A DNA stretch of 64,000 nt from Eledone cirrhosa (lineage: Eukaryota): positions 14,818,001 to 14,882,000 of the forward strand of contig OZ024746.1 of the NCBI GenBank assembly GCA_964016885.1, in the 5' to 3' direction. Every line of letters starts with the position of its first letter. Within the stretch, counting starts at the first letter, position 1. Below the pieces are notes generated by a model. It had not been told where the DNA came from. It saw nothing but the letters and a program-made list of their open reading frames with translations, and made no database searches. This document shows, one piece after another, positions 40,501 through 53,635 of the stretch. A program made the translations under genes and the position numbers.

Positions 40501-43500
40501 AATTTCAGGCCAATATTGTATGCCAGAAAATGGTGTGGAACTGACTCCTAACAAAAATCTTTTAACAACGCCAGAATTGATACAACTCACATCTTTGTTT
40601 GTTAATCAGGGCATCAAAAAAGTTCGTTTAACTGGAGGAGAGCCATTGATTAGAAAAGATTTAATTAAAGTTGTTGGTGAGTTTCTGCTTCAATTGTTAT
40701 TATTGTCGTTGTTGTTGTTTATGCTGCATGTTTAAAATAAGTACACTGTATCCCTGTATGTACCTGGTTTAGAATAGGTACACTGTATCCCTGTATGTAC
40801 CTGGTTTAGAATAGGGACATCATATCCCTGTATGTACCTGGTTTACAATAGGTATATCATCAAACTCTCTATGGCTGGATGTCCTTCCTAATACCAACCA
40901 CTTTACAGCATCTACTGGGTGCTTTTATTGTGTAGATTACCAGTAGGGAGGTTGTCATGTCCTTGACACAAGTGAAGGGTCCTGCCAACCCCTTGTTTAG
41001 CAAGCTTTCTATGGTTGGATGCTCTTCCTAACACCAACCACTTTACAGTGATATATTTTTATTGGAACAAAATAAGAGAACAATTTACAAAGAGTTCCTA
41101 AGACTTCTTCATAAATTTGACATTTTCTTGTAATTCTAATATTTCAGAAGAACTTCAACAACTAAAGCAGTTGGGTTTAGAATACATTGCCATGACAACC
41201 AACGGCATGATTCTCCATCGATTTCTGGACAAGTTAAAAGGAGCTGGTTTAGATTCACTGAATATAAGTCTCGATAGTTTAATGCCACATAAATTTTCCT
41301 TCATTACTCGGAGGAATTGTTTAGATAAAGTCCTGAGGAACATAAAGGCTGCTTTAGCTGTAGGATTCTCTCCATTGAAGGTAAGGAATGATCTTAGTGG
41401 AAGATTTAATATTTCTTTACAGATGCCTGGGTGATAGGAATGCTAGAAATGAATGTGGATTGAAGTAGAAGGGGAAGACCTAGAAAGACATGGTTAGAGG
41501 TGAGGAGGAAATGAAAGCTAAGTAGTTGGTGAGACAAAATTGACGAAAATGTTTGGCAAAGGTCACTGAGCCTGGCAGTGTAGAGATGAAGCCATGTCTC
41601 ATAGTTTGTGGTCAGACGTGAAACTTAATCTAAATATTTGTGACAGAGTGGACTAGGAGGCAGGTGGTGGTATAAAACCAGAGTGGACTTTACTAAGTTT
41701 ACTACTGAACCAAGAAGTTACTCAGTAAACTTCTTCAGTACATAGTAATGTCTGCAATAATATTTTTCTCTTGTAAATCTTTCTAGATCAACTGTGTTGT
41801 CATGAAGAACTTGAATGATGATGAAATATGTGATTTTGTACAATTAACAGAGAAAATGGTGAGTTGACTTTATATATATATTTTTCCCATTAAGCATTTT
41901 TGTGTTATGTGAGGGTTCAGAAGTTCACCTAGAAACCATTATTATTATTATTATTCAGCTACCACTAAGGCAGTGGCTGACTTTGCCTTTCATCCTTACG
42001 GGGTCGATAAAATAAAGTACCAGTAATGCACTGGGTAATTGCTGGCCTTGTGCCTAAAGTAGAAACAATTATTATTATAGCTTTTCCTTTTATCCTTACG
42101 GGGGTCCATAAAATAAAGCACCAGTAATACACTGGGGTCGATTTAATTGACTTTCTCCATCCCCAAATATTGCTGGCCTTGTGCTTATAGTAGGAATCAT
42201 TACTATTATTTATACTTCCAGAATTTAGATGTACGATTTATAGAATACATGCCATTTCAAGACAATAAATGGGATTTGAAGAACATGGTCCCTTATAAAG
42301 ATATGTTGGAAATAGTTAAAAGGAAATGGCCGAACATTGTTAAAGTTGAAGATAAACCTAACGATACTTCAAAGGTATTTTAAATATTTCTCTGAAATTT
42401 TCCATTTTTATTTCTTAATGGTTTGTTTTTCAAACAATTGCTTGAAGACAGTTAAGATTTACAGGACATTGCTGAGTAAGTAAGCTGGAAGTTATACACA
42501 AGCTACTATTTTGGGAACCAACTCATGGGAGACAGTAGAGGAAGACCTGCTTGAACCTTCATCGATCAACTCTCAGATGATACAAACCTCAGTAAAGAAC
42601 AGTTGCCTGGAACAATGGAAATTGTGAATTGTGTCTGGAATGTTTGAGTGTGGCTGCAATGATGATGATTATATATATATTCATTTTATTAAGGCTAAAT
42701 AGTGAGTTTTGTTACTCTGGAGTTTTAGCATATGTGTGTGAGTCTGTATGTATGTGTATATATTTAAATAATATCGGTGTATGACTGTGTGTATTTGGAC
42801 ATGTATGTATATGTGTATTTGAACATGTATGTATGTATATGGCTTTGTGTATTTAAACATATAAATGTGGCTGTATGTGTCTGTATGTATATGACTGTCT
42901 CTTTATGTATGTAGCTGTTAAGAAGTTTACTTTCCCATTATAAGGTCCTTAATTAAATCTCAAAGTGTGGCCTCTTAAGCGAGTTTCATTCTTTGAATTC
43001 TTTCGTTTGTTTATTTTCTCTTGCAGGCATTCAAAGTTCCTGGATTTGAAGGTCAAATAGGTTTTATTACATCAATGTCAAATCATTTCTGTGGCTCTTG
43101 TAATCGTTTAAGACTTACAGCCAATGGAAACCTCAAGGTATCAACACTCTACTCTTTTACCTGTTTCAGGGAATAAAATTAAAAGTAAGACCAAAATAAA
43201 GTGGGTAGGATCGGTGTGAGAAGTAGGCGGTGTGGAGTTGGGATGGGGATTGTTTCTACAATGTTTTCATTCATGGCAGTATTTTCTCACTCTCTGTCTC
43301 TATCTGAATTGTAAAGTGTCTTGCTCAAGGGCACAGTGGACTCCCGGAAATTGAAGTCATTATATACTAATATGTTTATTACATAATACACACTACTATG
43401 TTTAGTATATAGTATGTACTAATGTGTTTAGAACGTAGTATACACTAGTATGGTTAATATATACTGTGTTTAGAACATAGTACATACTAATATATTTAGT

Positions 43501-44441
43501 ACATAGTATATCCTAATGTGTTTAGAACATAGTATACACTAGTATGTTTAGTACATAATTTATACTAGTAAAATGAATCATCTGTTCTATTTGTAACATT
43601 CAGGTTTGTCTGTTTGGAAATGAAGAAATGTCTTTGAAAGACTTGATACGGACGAAAGTTCCTGAAGAAGAAATCTTGAAATATATACAAGTGGCTGTGA
43701 AAGGGAAACATAAGCAACATGCTGGTAAGTTGTACTAATTTTGATATCACATTGTCTGGAACTGACCCCGGCTACTGTATGATGGGTACTATCTTGGTTG
43801 GTGATGACCCATCCAACACTTGCTAGCAGGTAAAGCAGATATTGTCACCACCACTGCTGACAACATCATCATCATCATCATTTAATGTCTGTTTTACCTG
43901 CTAACAAGGGTTGAATAGGATGTCACAAATCAGGTCAGTACTTCATCAGAACCACTCTCCGATGGGCCTGCATCTCACTTATATACATTTTATTATGGCA
44001 CCAGTACCAGGGAAATGTTGTGTCATTGACACAACTGAAGAGTCCTCTCTACCCTTTGTTTGGCAAGTTTTCTATGACTGCTGCTGATGTTTATTATCAT
44101 CATCATCATCATTGTCCTCACCATTTAACATCTATTTTCCATAGACATGTTGTCTTGTTATAAAGCTAGACAGGTAAGGTGACCATATTTTGCTCATAGG
44201 TTTCGCTCCTGGTTGGATGACTTCCTTAATGCCAATATTGGTCTAAAAACCTTTGGTCATAATTTTATGTTAGGATTTTCTTAAGTTATTTTCCAAACAT
44301 CAGCTTAATACTGAGAAATATTACTAAATCCTTCCAAATTCTTGATTAAAACACTAGTTATATATACATTAAATTTGTCTTAAAGGTGTTCACAATATAA
44401 AGAATATGAAAAACCGTCCAATGGTGTTAATTGGTGGATGA
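37562..44441 (+). CDS. MOCS1: Molybdenum cofactor biosynthesis protein 1A (GTP 3',8-cyclase, MoaA homologue), 373 aa; exons 37562-37639, 39535-39664, 40509-40676, 41148-41380, 41787-41858, 42222-42374, 43027-43137, 43604-43724, 44386-44441
   Basis: Arg-rich N-terminal transit-like peptide; [19 protein letters not shown] (radical-SAM CxxxCxxC); VRLTGGEP; MTTNG; NISLDSL; RFIEYMPF; C-terminal cluster [18 protein letters not shown]; conserved terminus NRPMVLIGG*. Exon lengths sum to 1122 nt with GT-AG introns and consistent phases. Confidence 0.95.
39715..39903 (+). mobile_element. tRNA-derived SINE (abundant family with core CTTTGCCTTTCATCCTTACGGGGTCGATAAAATAAAGTACC)
   Basis: A-box/B-box-like head (GGTAGAG...GAGTTCAAATCC) plus conserved core; many related copies across the window. 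Confidence 0.85.
39971..40170 (-). mobile_element. tRNA-derived SINE, inverted partner of 39715-39903
   Basis: Reverse complement of the same family. Confidence 0.85.
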
Positions 44442-44489
44442 TTCATATTGAACTAATTATTAAAGGTAATTTTTTAAATTTTATATTTC

Positions 44490-45800
44490 ATCATTATTAT
44501 CACCATTTAACATTCATTTTTCCATGCTATTATGGGTTAGACAAGTTGTCCCATTGTGAGACAAGCCAGGTCAAATGACCATGTTTTGCTCACACAGAAC
44601 TGATTCTGGCTTGGTTTCTACAGCTGGATGCCCTTCTTAATGCCAACCACATATACAGTATGTACTAGGTGCTTTTTGCATTGACACCTATACAACCACT
44701 TTATAGTTTGGGCTGGTCATTTTTTGTTGTACCACCTACACGACTACTCTACAGTGTGGGTTGGGTGCTTTTTGCAATTATACGAGGTAAGCTTTTATCA
44801 CTTCATCCCAAGTCTTTCTAGGTCTTCCTACTCAATAACTTGCATCAACTTTGAGCATCTAGCACCTTTTTATGCAGCTGTCATCCTTCATACACATCTC
44901 ATGTCCACACCACTGCAATCTTCTCTCCTGCACACTGCATCTGATCCCTCTTATTCCCAATTTCTCTTTCAGTTCATTTATGCTTTGCCATTCATGTATA
45001 TTACTATTATACATCCATCAAAGCATGCAAGTCTTCATTTCTTTCCAATCAACACAGATTGTCTGCACACAGTGCACATGTCTCACTACCATGCAACACA
45101 CATCATACAATCTGCCCTTCATTTTGAGGGAAAAGCCTTTTGTAGCTATCAGTGGTAGTAGCTTCCTGAACTTTTCCATCATGTTCTCACTCTGGCTGGA
45201 ATTTCTACCCATTCCTTTCCTACACACTGAGCAAGGCCATTTCCCAGAAAGGATCAGGGACTTGTTTTCTTTACTACTTACTAGAAATTTGGTCTTTGCC
45301 AAGCTGTCTTTAAGATCTTTTAATTCCAGGTCAGGAATTTCTTCTCTAGTTCTGCCATAGATTTAGCTATTAGAGTTAGATCATCATCATACAGGAGTTC
45401 CCAAGGGTGTCTGGTTTTAAAGTCTTCTGTTATAGCCTGGGCGACAATAGTAAACAGCAGAGGGGCTAAGGATGGAACCCTAGTGAACCCCAACTTGCAC
45501 ACTATACTCCTTGCTATAATCATTATTAATTTTAACCTTACTGACTGCACCTCTGTACATGGCTTGTACTGTCCTCTCAAGCCATTCATCCACCCCTAGT
45601 TTCCTCAGTGTCCACCAGATTACAGAACGAAGGACCTTGTCAAAAACTTTCTCCAAGTCATCAAATGCTAAGTAGAAGGGTTTAGGTACTTCTGCAGTTG
45701 CATCACAAGGAAGAGAGCATCTGTTGTACTTTTATCTGACACAAATCCTAACTGCATCTCATCTAGATTAATTTGATCCTAATAACTTGTAGAATGACTC
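44490..45800 (-). mobile_element. Degenerate RTE LINE (RT remnant plus 3' UTR) immediately downstream of MOCS1A
   Basis: PWELLYDDDL, GKWPCSVCRKG, GFSLKMKGRLYD in fragmented frames. Confidence 0.85.
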
Positions 45801-46209
45801 TTTATGTGTGTGTGTGTCTATCATCAGCGTTTTTACATCTGCTTTTCCATGCTTGCATGGGTTGAACATATCATCCTCAGAATGTGTTGAGTAAATATTA
45901 ATAATATTTCAGCTCTGTTGCTAACATAAAACACTCGTTTTCCTTCATTCTTTCTCCCTGTTATCACCACAGTATTTTTTTAGAGAATTTTTTAAAGAAG
46001 GGCCTCAAATTTCATATAGTTTAGGGCCTCAGTAGGTGAAAACCCAGCCCTGCATCCAACCAACCAACTATCCCACCAGTCAACTGGTATAATCTACTTT
46101 TATAAAAAGTGACATGTTTAAATAAAAAAGATTTGTTATCTTTATTAAAAATGAAATAATCTTTATAAATATAAATATAAATAAAAATGTTAAGAAATGT
46201 CGAGGTTGG

Positions 46210-49200
46210 TCATAAGATAACAGTCCCTTGTGATCTTGATCTTGATGCTAAACTACTGGTTGGCATAAAGTCTCGGATACTACAGTTACGTTGTTTCTTT
46301 CGACTACATAGAACATACAAACTGAAGCTGACAGAAACTAGAGTTATAAGCACCAGTAAACCCAGTATTGAGTACACAATTGTAAGGTCCATTTCTGAAA
46401 TAAGACAGAAAATATCAAATTATTTTATCTGAAGGTATAGATTGGATTTTATGGAATCATCTTTGGTAAATGTTATTGATTTTAATGGATCCAACTTAAT
46501 TTTATTTCAAGAACTTTTATACATATGGTGTGTAACTTTATATATATATATATGTGTAACTTTATACATATGCCATGTAACTGTATGTATGTATATATAT
46601 ATATAGTATGTAACTATTATCATTATTATTAATTTTTTTTTAGGGCAATGGATTGGCAGTATCAGTAGAGTGTTGGACAACATGCTCTGTGGTATTTAGT
46701 TACAACTTCCTATATCTAAGTTCAAATGCTGCTGAGGTTAACTTTGCCTTTCATCCTTACAAGGTTGATAAAATAAAGTACCAGTAACGTACTGGGGTCG
46801 ATTTAATTGACTTCTTCCCAAAAAAAATTATTGGCCTTGTGCTTAAATCAGAAACCATTATTATTATTATTAACTTTCAAAATCAAGATGGAGAAGGAAG
46901 TGCTGCCTTCCATTTAGTTTATTAAAAGAGTTAAAAATGAGCAATTTAATTATATTAATAAATCCATTCGAATTAATTTAAAAATCATAAGCAGTGTCTT
47001 TCATTAGAAATATGGTAAGTTGTATTACTAAATCCCTTCAAATTCTTAATTATTTTCAAAATGATTTGAAAATTATTGTGTGTCTTTCATTAGAAATATA
47101 GTAATGAAAGTTTTAAGGGTTTTCTTTTTTTTCTAGGAACCCTTGTTATATTTGAAAGTCTGTGTGCGTGAGAAAACTGTCTATGTTGGAGTGAGTCAGC
47201 AGTGAATCAGCAGAGGTTAAGAGCTAAATTTAGTAAAACAAAACCCCCACAATGAAATGCTACAAAGAGTGTTTTTCTTTCTTAAAACATCTAAGTGTTA
47301 TAATCTCTTCTGACTCACAGCAATATTTTATTTTAAGAATATTAACGGACACTTTGAGTGTACAAGGCTCTTGTACAAACAATAGATGGTGGTTTCTTCT
47401 AAATTGACATAAGTGGTGGGTTCTCACCTGTGTGGTGGTGAACACCTTTATTAACTTTATTAATCCTTCTCATATCAAACTACCTGACCCTCCCCTCCTT
47501 CCTGCCTCTATGATACAAAACTGGGTTATTTTAAAGTGTTTATATTTATCTATAAATCTTGCCTTCTAATTTTATGTAAGAGCCTTAATTAAGTTATGTT
47601 TTAAACACCAGCTTAGTAACAAGCAAGTTAATTGTATTACTAATCTCTAAAGAATCTTGATTATTAAAAACATTTGTTTTTGAAAATCATAGACAGTGTC
47701 TTTCATTAGAAATATGGTAATGAAAGGGTTAATGACACAGGCAATGCCTTTCATTAGAAATATGGCAACAAAAGAATGAAATATCTTGTTAACTTTGGAG
47801 AAACCAGAATAAGTATATGTATTTATTATATTTCTGAAATTTTTAGAGCAGTGGACTAGCAAAATTGTTAGAATGTTGGACAAAATGGTTGCAGTATTTA
47901 GTTATGGTTCTTTATGTTCAAAGTTTAAATCCTTCCAAGGTCAATAAAATAAAGTACCAGTTACATACTGGAGTCAGTTTAATTGTCTTTCTTCCCACAA
48001 GGCCTTGTGCCTAAATTAGATATCATCATACAAAATCTCCCTTTTCTGTTAGATTGTCTTTAATCACACACCTCTTGTGTACCTTACATTGTATAGAGTT
48101 CCTACCTAATCCTTTTCTACATAAGAATATATAATATAATAATGTTCTACATTTCATTTTTATTTTTTTGTCTTCTAGATATTTTAACAGTTTTAATTAA
48201 TAAGAGAGATGAGGGAGAATGAGAGAGAGATTTGGTAAATCCAAGATTTTGTGGATGATTGCCAGAAAAGTTTTTATGGAGATATCACAGGATTATAATG
48301 AAAATTAACTTAAAAACCAAAATTGATGACAATTAGAATTAATTATAACTATTCAATTAAAAGAAATTTATATATTTTCTTATATTTATCTTTACTGTTG
48401 TTGTTATTGTTCATTATTATTATTATTGATTATTTTGAGATCTATACACCTTTTTGTTGGTCTAAAATGGGAAGTGGACTGGCAGTGGTGTTTCTGAAAG
48501 GGAGACGGAATGGCAGCGGTGTTTCTGAAAGGGAGACGGAATGGCAGCGGTGTTTCTGAAAGGGAGGCGGAATGGCAGCGGTGTTTCTGAAAGAGAGGTG
48601 GAGTGGCAGCTGTGTTTTGGAAAGCTTTTGACTAGGAGGTACAGATGACCTTTCTGGACCTGGAGGGTAAGTTGGTATCCTGGATATGAGCAGGACATAG
48701 GCATGGACCAGAATGAATTGACCAATCTTTTCTGGAGAACTTTCGGTTCAGGACTCTGGATAATTTCCAAAAGTCCCTGGCCTGGTAGTGCTACTGAGGG
48801 GGCATTGCTAATTTAAGACAAACTTTACAGCCATGGAAGTTTTGTCAGAACTGTCCAAGATGTGCATGGAGTGATGAAACCGTTCCTCACACACTTGTCC
48901 AGTCTCTATGCATTACTGACTTTTGTGGAGTTTTATTGAACAGCTGTAATCACATGTAGGACAGATCTGGTTATTGGCAAACTCCATCATAAAGATCTTC
49001 CTTCCACCTTTGTTTGGCTAGGAAGGGCAGAGAGTTTTCCTATGTCTGGTGGCTATGGTGAATGGAGTGGTGAACTCAGATTGCAGAGAGCTGAAATAAA
49101 TACTGCAAAGCATTCTCTCCAACATTCTAATGTGTGCGTGCGTATATATATATATAAAGTGGTTGGTGATAGGAAGGGCTTCCAGCTATAGAAAGGGTTG

Positions 49201-51327
49201 GAAGGGTCTTTTAGTTGTGTCAAGACACAACAACCTCTTGTGCTGGTGATCTACCTGATAAAAGCACCCAGTATATATGACGCAAAGTAGTTGGTGATAG
49301 GAAGGACATCTAGCCGTAGAAAGCTTGCCAAAGAAAGGGTTGGGGGGACCTTTCAGTTTATGTTAATGCCACAACAACCTCTCGTGCTGGTGATCTACAC
49401 AGTATATGTTGTAAAGTGGTAGGTGATAGGAAGGACATCTAGCCATAGAAAGCTTGCCAAACAAGGGGTTGAGTGGACCTTTCAATTTATGTGAGATGCA
49501 AACCCCCTTGGCCTATCTGTGAGATCAGTAGCACCCCTGCTTCAGTACTGACTTGGTCTATGTAGATCTGGCCAACCTTTGCTAGTAGGGAAGCGGACAT
49601 TAAATGATGACGATGATGATGATACAATAAGCTTCTGCAGTTTCCATCTACCAAATTCCATTAAAAGAGCATTGGTCAACCTGGAGCTATAGAAGACACT
49701 TGCCTAAGGTGCCACACAGTGGCACAGTTGTGTATTGACAATTTGGCGATGGTATACAGCAGTGACTGGTATGACTAACAATGAAATGAAAATGAATGAA
49801 CTACAGATAAAATTAAACCGAACTGATGTATGTAAATGTGGTTGGTGTTAGGAAGGGCATCCAGTTGTAGAAAACCTGCCAGATAATCCTATACGAGCGA
49901 GACACGGTCATCCGACCAATCTTGCCTCAAATGGGACAATTCCCGTCTAACCCATGCTAGCGTGGAAGATAGAGGTTAAACGATGATGATATTGATATAT
50001 ATATGTGTGTGTGTGTGTGTACATACATACATGTATGTTTATGTAACGTAACTTAACTGTTCGACAAAAAGAGATCGATACAATAAATACCAGGCTTGAA
50101 ATAAAAATGACCACTGTGGTCGGCTAATGATCGCCTGAATCTATTTCAGTGTAATAACTGAAATCAGTAGACGAAAGAAATGATGTTAATAATGGTATTC
50201 TCATGTACGAAGATGCTATACAATAGCTTATAAAATAGGGCGAAGACCCATAAAAAACGGGAAAAGAAGTTGCCATTAGCCACTATGTGGAATTGAAACC
50301 CATACTCCTCAACGTATAGTGGAAGTCTGAGAGATCGACTACGTATACAGAAAGAAATGATTTCTAATTTAGACGTAAGACCAGCAATTTGGAAGCAGGG
50401 GGTAAATCGGTTATATCAACTCAAGTACTTCACTGGTATTTTGTTTCATCGACCCCAGAAGGAGAAAAAGCAAAGTTGACCTCGGCGGGATTTGAAATCA
50501 GGACGTAGAAAGTCGTAATTAAATATCGCAAAGCATGTTGTCTGATGCTCTACCAATGCACCGTCACCGCCCTTGGTAGAAGAAATAATGACAAGATGAT
50601 AAATAACTGTCTTTAACTCACCTATGGGTATAAGAATACCAGTTCCTGAACCTGGTTGTTGAAGAGGAAGATGTTTGTCGTAATTTATTTTGATCTCCGT
50701 AGAAATGCTGATAGAATTTCTGGCTGATTTGCCTTTGGCCGAGTTTACCTGTATTTCTTGTCGTATGACATTATAGGCTGATTTCGTGTCGTTCTTGGTT
50801 TGAATTCCTGATGTAACATCGATATTTAAAGGACCACCAGACTCCAATTGTTCAGAAAAGTTTTGACTCCTTAATGCTGCAGGACTAGACATCATCTCTT
50901 CGGAACTGCCGTTGATAACTCTTTCGTTGTAGTTTAACAATGTTTGTAATTTTCGACAACAGATCGAATTCAAACAAGTCCGCTGGTCGACAATTATGTG
51001 TTCGATAAGTTCCAGAATTCTTAGATTAATTCTTCGACAGTTAAGTTTGGTTCTCCGCGCATCAATAATTTCCAGATCAGGTAAATAACTTATATTAAAG
51101 TCTAAGTGTTTCAAGGGTGTCTCTTTGATGGACAATGTCATGTAATCCGGGTGGATTGTACGAAACTGTAAAGCTTGTAACGACTTCTTATCACAGTCAA
51201 TAAGTTTCTCCTGTTCTTTCCAACTGCAGACATCTTCAACAAATTGTGTTGTTCCCTGGGCTAAAAGACTATGGAATAATGTCGTTAAGAAGAAGAATAA
51301 ATACAGAGGAAAATATTCATTAGCCAT
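46210..51327 (-). CDS. Uncharacterised single-pass type I membrane protein, 296 aa; exons 51327-50622 and 46394-46210
   Basis: Signal-peptide-like N-terminus (MANEYFPLYLFFFLTTLFHSLLAQG), Cys-containing ectodomain and Ser/Thr-rich stalk. Donor ATAG|gtgagt (phase 1) joins acceptor tatttcag|AA ATG GAC in frame. Exon 2 encodes the TM segment IVYSILGLLVLITLVSVSFSLYVLC, then the basic stop-transfer SRKKQR and a short tail. AATAAA (minus strand) at 46141-46146. Confidence 0.72.
48478..48622. repeat. 31-bp tandem repeat (GGAATGGCAGCGGTGTTTCTGAAAGGGAGAC)
   Basis: 4-5 tandem units. Confidence 0.9.
48620..49010 (+). mobile_element. Decayed L1/Tx1-type LINE fragment (zinc-knuckle region)
   Basis: QKSLAW*CY*GALLI*DKLYSHG and CPRCAWSDETVPHTL (zf-RVT-like), with stop codons. 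Confidence 0.6.
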
Positions 51328-52139
51328 GATTTAGAATTGGTGAAAAAGTTGTCTGTAGTATGTGAAGTTACACGAAACAAACGATGTCGACCGTTTATTG
51401 TCAATGCTATTGTGTAGAATGTTGAATTTATTATTCAAGTGGTAATCGGGAGCAAATTTTACTGGAATCAAAGAACAGAACTTACTACAATGAGTAATCG
51501 TTCTGTTATATTTGAAGAGTTCGTTTCCGAGTAGAACAACCTAGTAGCACACAAAAGACGACTCACGACCGTTTCAAAAAAACGGAGATGACGAATTAAA
51601 GATTATCACTTGACTTACGACAACGACCGTCGTCACCACCACCACTACTATACCACCACAACCACCATCACAACATTCAAACAATACTTGATGATAAATA
51701 TGTTTTCATTTTAGTTGAAAGACCATTTTAAATCTAACAATTATATTCCTATTATTCATGCTGGCCATGTCAAGTGTTGTCTAACTAAAAGGAGGCGAAG
51801 ATTTCGTCATGGTGTCATGATAAGAAGGATTTCACGATGATGGGAAATGAATGAACGTCACACATTTCTTCGAGTAACATTTCACAATTGATTTCGAAAT
51901 AAGATGAAAATATCCCGTCACATTCGCTGCGTTCATTTCGTGTATTCCACTCTTAAATTTATTTGATGTATTAAATATAGAAATATTTATTTTGTTGGGT
52001 TAAAGAAAGTACAAGAATTGCAGGAGCTGGTGCAGTAAGGCGCTAGCTTCAGCATTCGGTAATCAGAAGAATGTAAAAGGTATACTCACTATCTTTAACC
52101 ATTCACTATGGTCATAAATCTTGGGTAATTACCGAATGA

Positions 52140-52495
52140 ATACGATCGCGAATACAAGCGGCCAAAATGGGATTCCTCCGAAGGGTTTTTGGAGTGACAT
52201 TACTCGATGGAGTACATAGTTCCGAGATCAGAGAATCGCCCCAGGTAGAGCAACTACTTCTCCGATTTGAGAGATCAGAGCTCTGACACTATGGGCATAT
52301 GGTTAGAATGTCTCAGGAAAGAATCGCTGGACAGATTTTACGGGCAAAACCAATCGGCAGGAGACCCAGAGGTAGACCCCGAACGAGATGGTTAGATAAC
52401 ATCCATGAGCTCGGCTGAACTCGCTTGGGGATCCAGCCGGATCAGTTGCTTCTGACTGCACTGACGACCCTCCCAGGAATAAGTGAGCGAAGAAG
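52140..52495 (+). mobile_element. RTE-type LINE 3' fragment
   Basis: IQAAKMGFLRRV.GVTLLD...YGHMVRMS.ER...GRRPRGRPRTRWLDNI. Confidence 0.75.
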
Positions 52496-53100
52496 AATTA
52501 AAAAAAATATATTTTTTACATTTCTGCGTATCTCTACTTTTATTTTTTAACTATATATATATCCGTGTGTAGATGATGGCTGAGAGAAAGGAGTACTCAA
52601 TACCGAAGTAGAGATTTAATATTCATTTTATTAAAGCTAAATATTAAAGTCTTGTTACTCTGGAGTATCGCCTGTGTATCACAGGGTCATAAGATAAACA
52701 GGCGAAACTCCAGAGTGACAAGACTCATTATTAGCCTTAATAATATATATATGAAGTTTTGGTTGTTGCGGAAGAGGATAATAAACACGACAAATACCAA
52801 AAATTCTGGTTGAATTTATATCTTTACTTCACTTCAGTAAAAAGGAAAATATAAAGTTTGATTATAGTATTCACAAAGGAATATAGTGTTCAATAAGGAT
52901 TCTGTGTTGTACGGGAGTCTCTTTGTTTACTATGCAATGTTCCCTTAAAAATGACAAGTTTTGTTCAGACAGTATGTACCAGCAGAGGTAGTAGTAAACT
53001 ATATTATGGCGAGGCTGTTGTACAAGCGCAGTGACAGGGAACTGTGTTATCTAGGAAAAGAGGCAGGTGACTAACTGTTAAGACCGCAGGACAGGCTATT

Positions 53101-53635
53101 TATAATTGTTTCTACTTTTGGCACCAGGCCAGCAATTATCCCAGTGCATAACTGGTACTTTATTTTATCGACCCCGTAAGGATGAAAGGCAAAGTCAACC
53201 TCGGCGGGATTTGAACTCAGATCATAAAGGGAGGTAACTATATGCTTCAAAGCATGGCGCCCGACCCTCTACCAATACTGCCAATCCACCCTATTTATAA
53301 TTGTTTCTACTTTAGGCACAAGGCCAGCAATTACCCAGTGCATTACTGGTACTTTATTTTATCGACCCCGTAAGGATGAAAGGCAAAGTCAACCTCGGCG
53401 GGATTTGAACTCAGATCATAAAGGGAGGTAACTATATGCTTCAAAGCATGGCGCCCGACCCTCTACCAATACTGCCAATCCACCCTATTTATAATTGTTT
53501 CTACTTTAGGCACAAGGCCAGCAATTACCCAGTGCATTACTGGTACTTTATTTTATCGACCCCGTAAGGATGAAAGGCAAAGTCAACCTTGGCGGGATTT
53601 GAACTCAGATCGTAAAGGGACGTAACTATGCTGGA
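53101..53635 (-). mobile_element. Head-to-tail trimer of the tRNA-derived SINE (194-195 bp period)
   Basis: Three near-identical units starting at 53101, 53296 and 53490. Confidence 0.88.

Noticed and set aside
48462-48770. Minus-strand ORF as an extra exon of the orphan membrane gene
   Set aside because: It consists of a 31-bp tandem repeat plus the antisense strand of a Tx1-like fragment; the two-exon model is already in frame.
50446-50621. C-terminal part of the 293-aa ORF
   Set aside because: Read-through past a strong GTGAGT donor into intronic SINE sequence.
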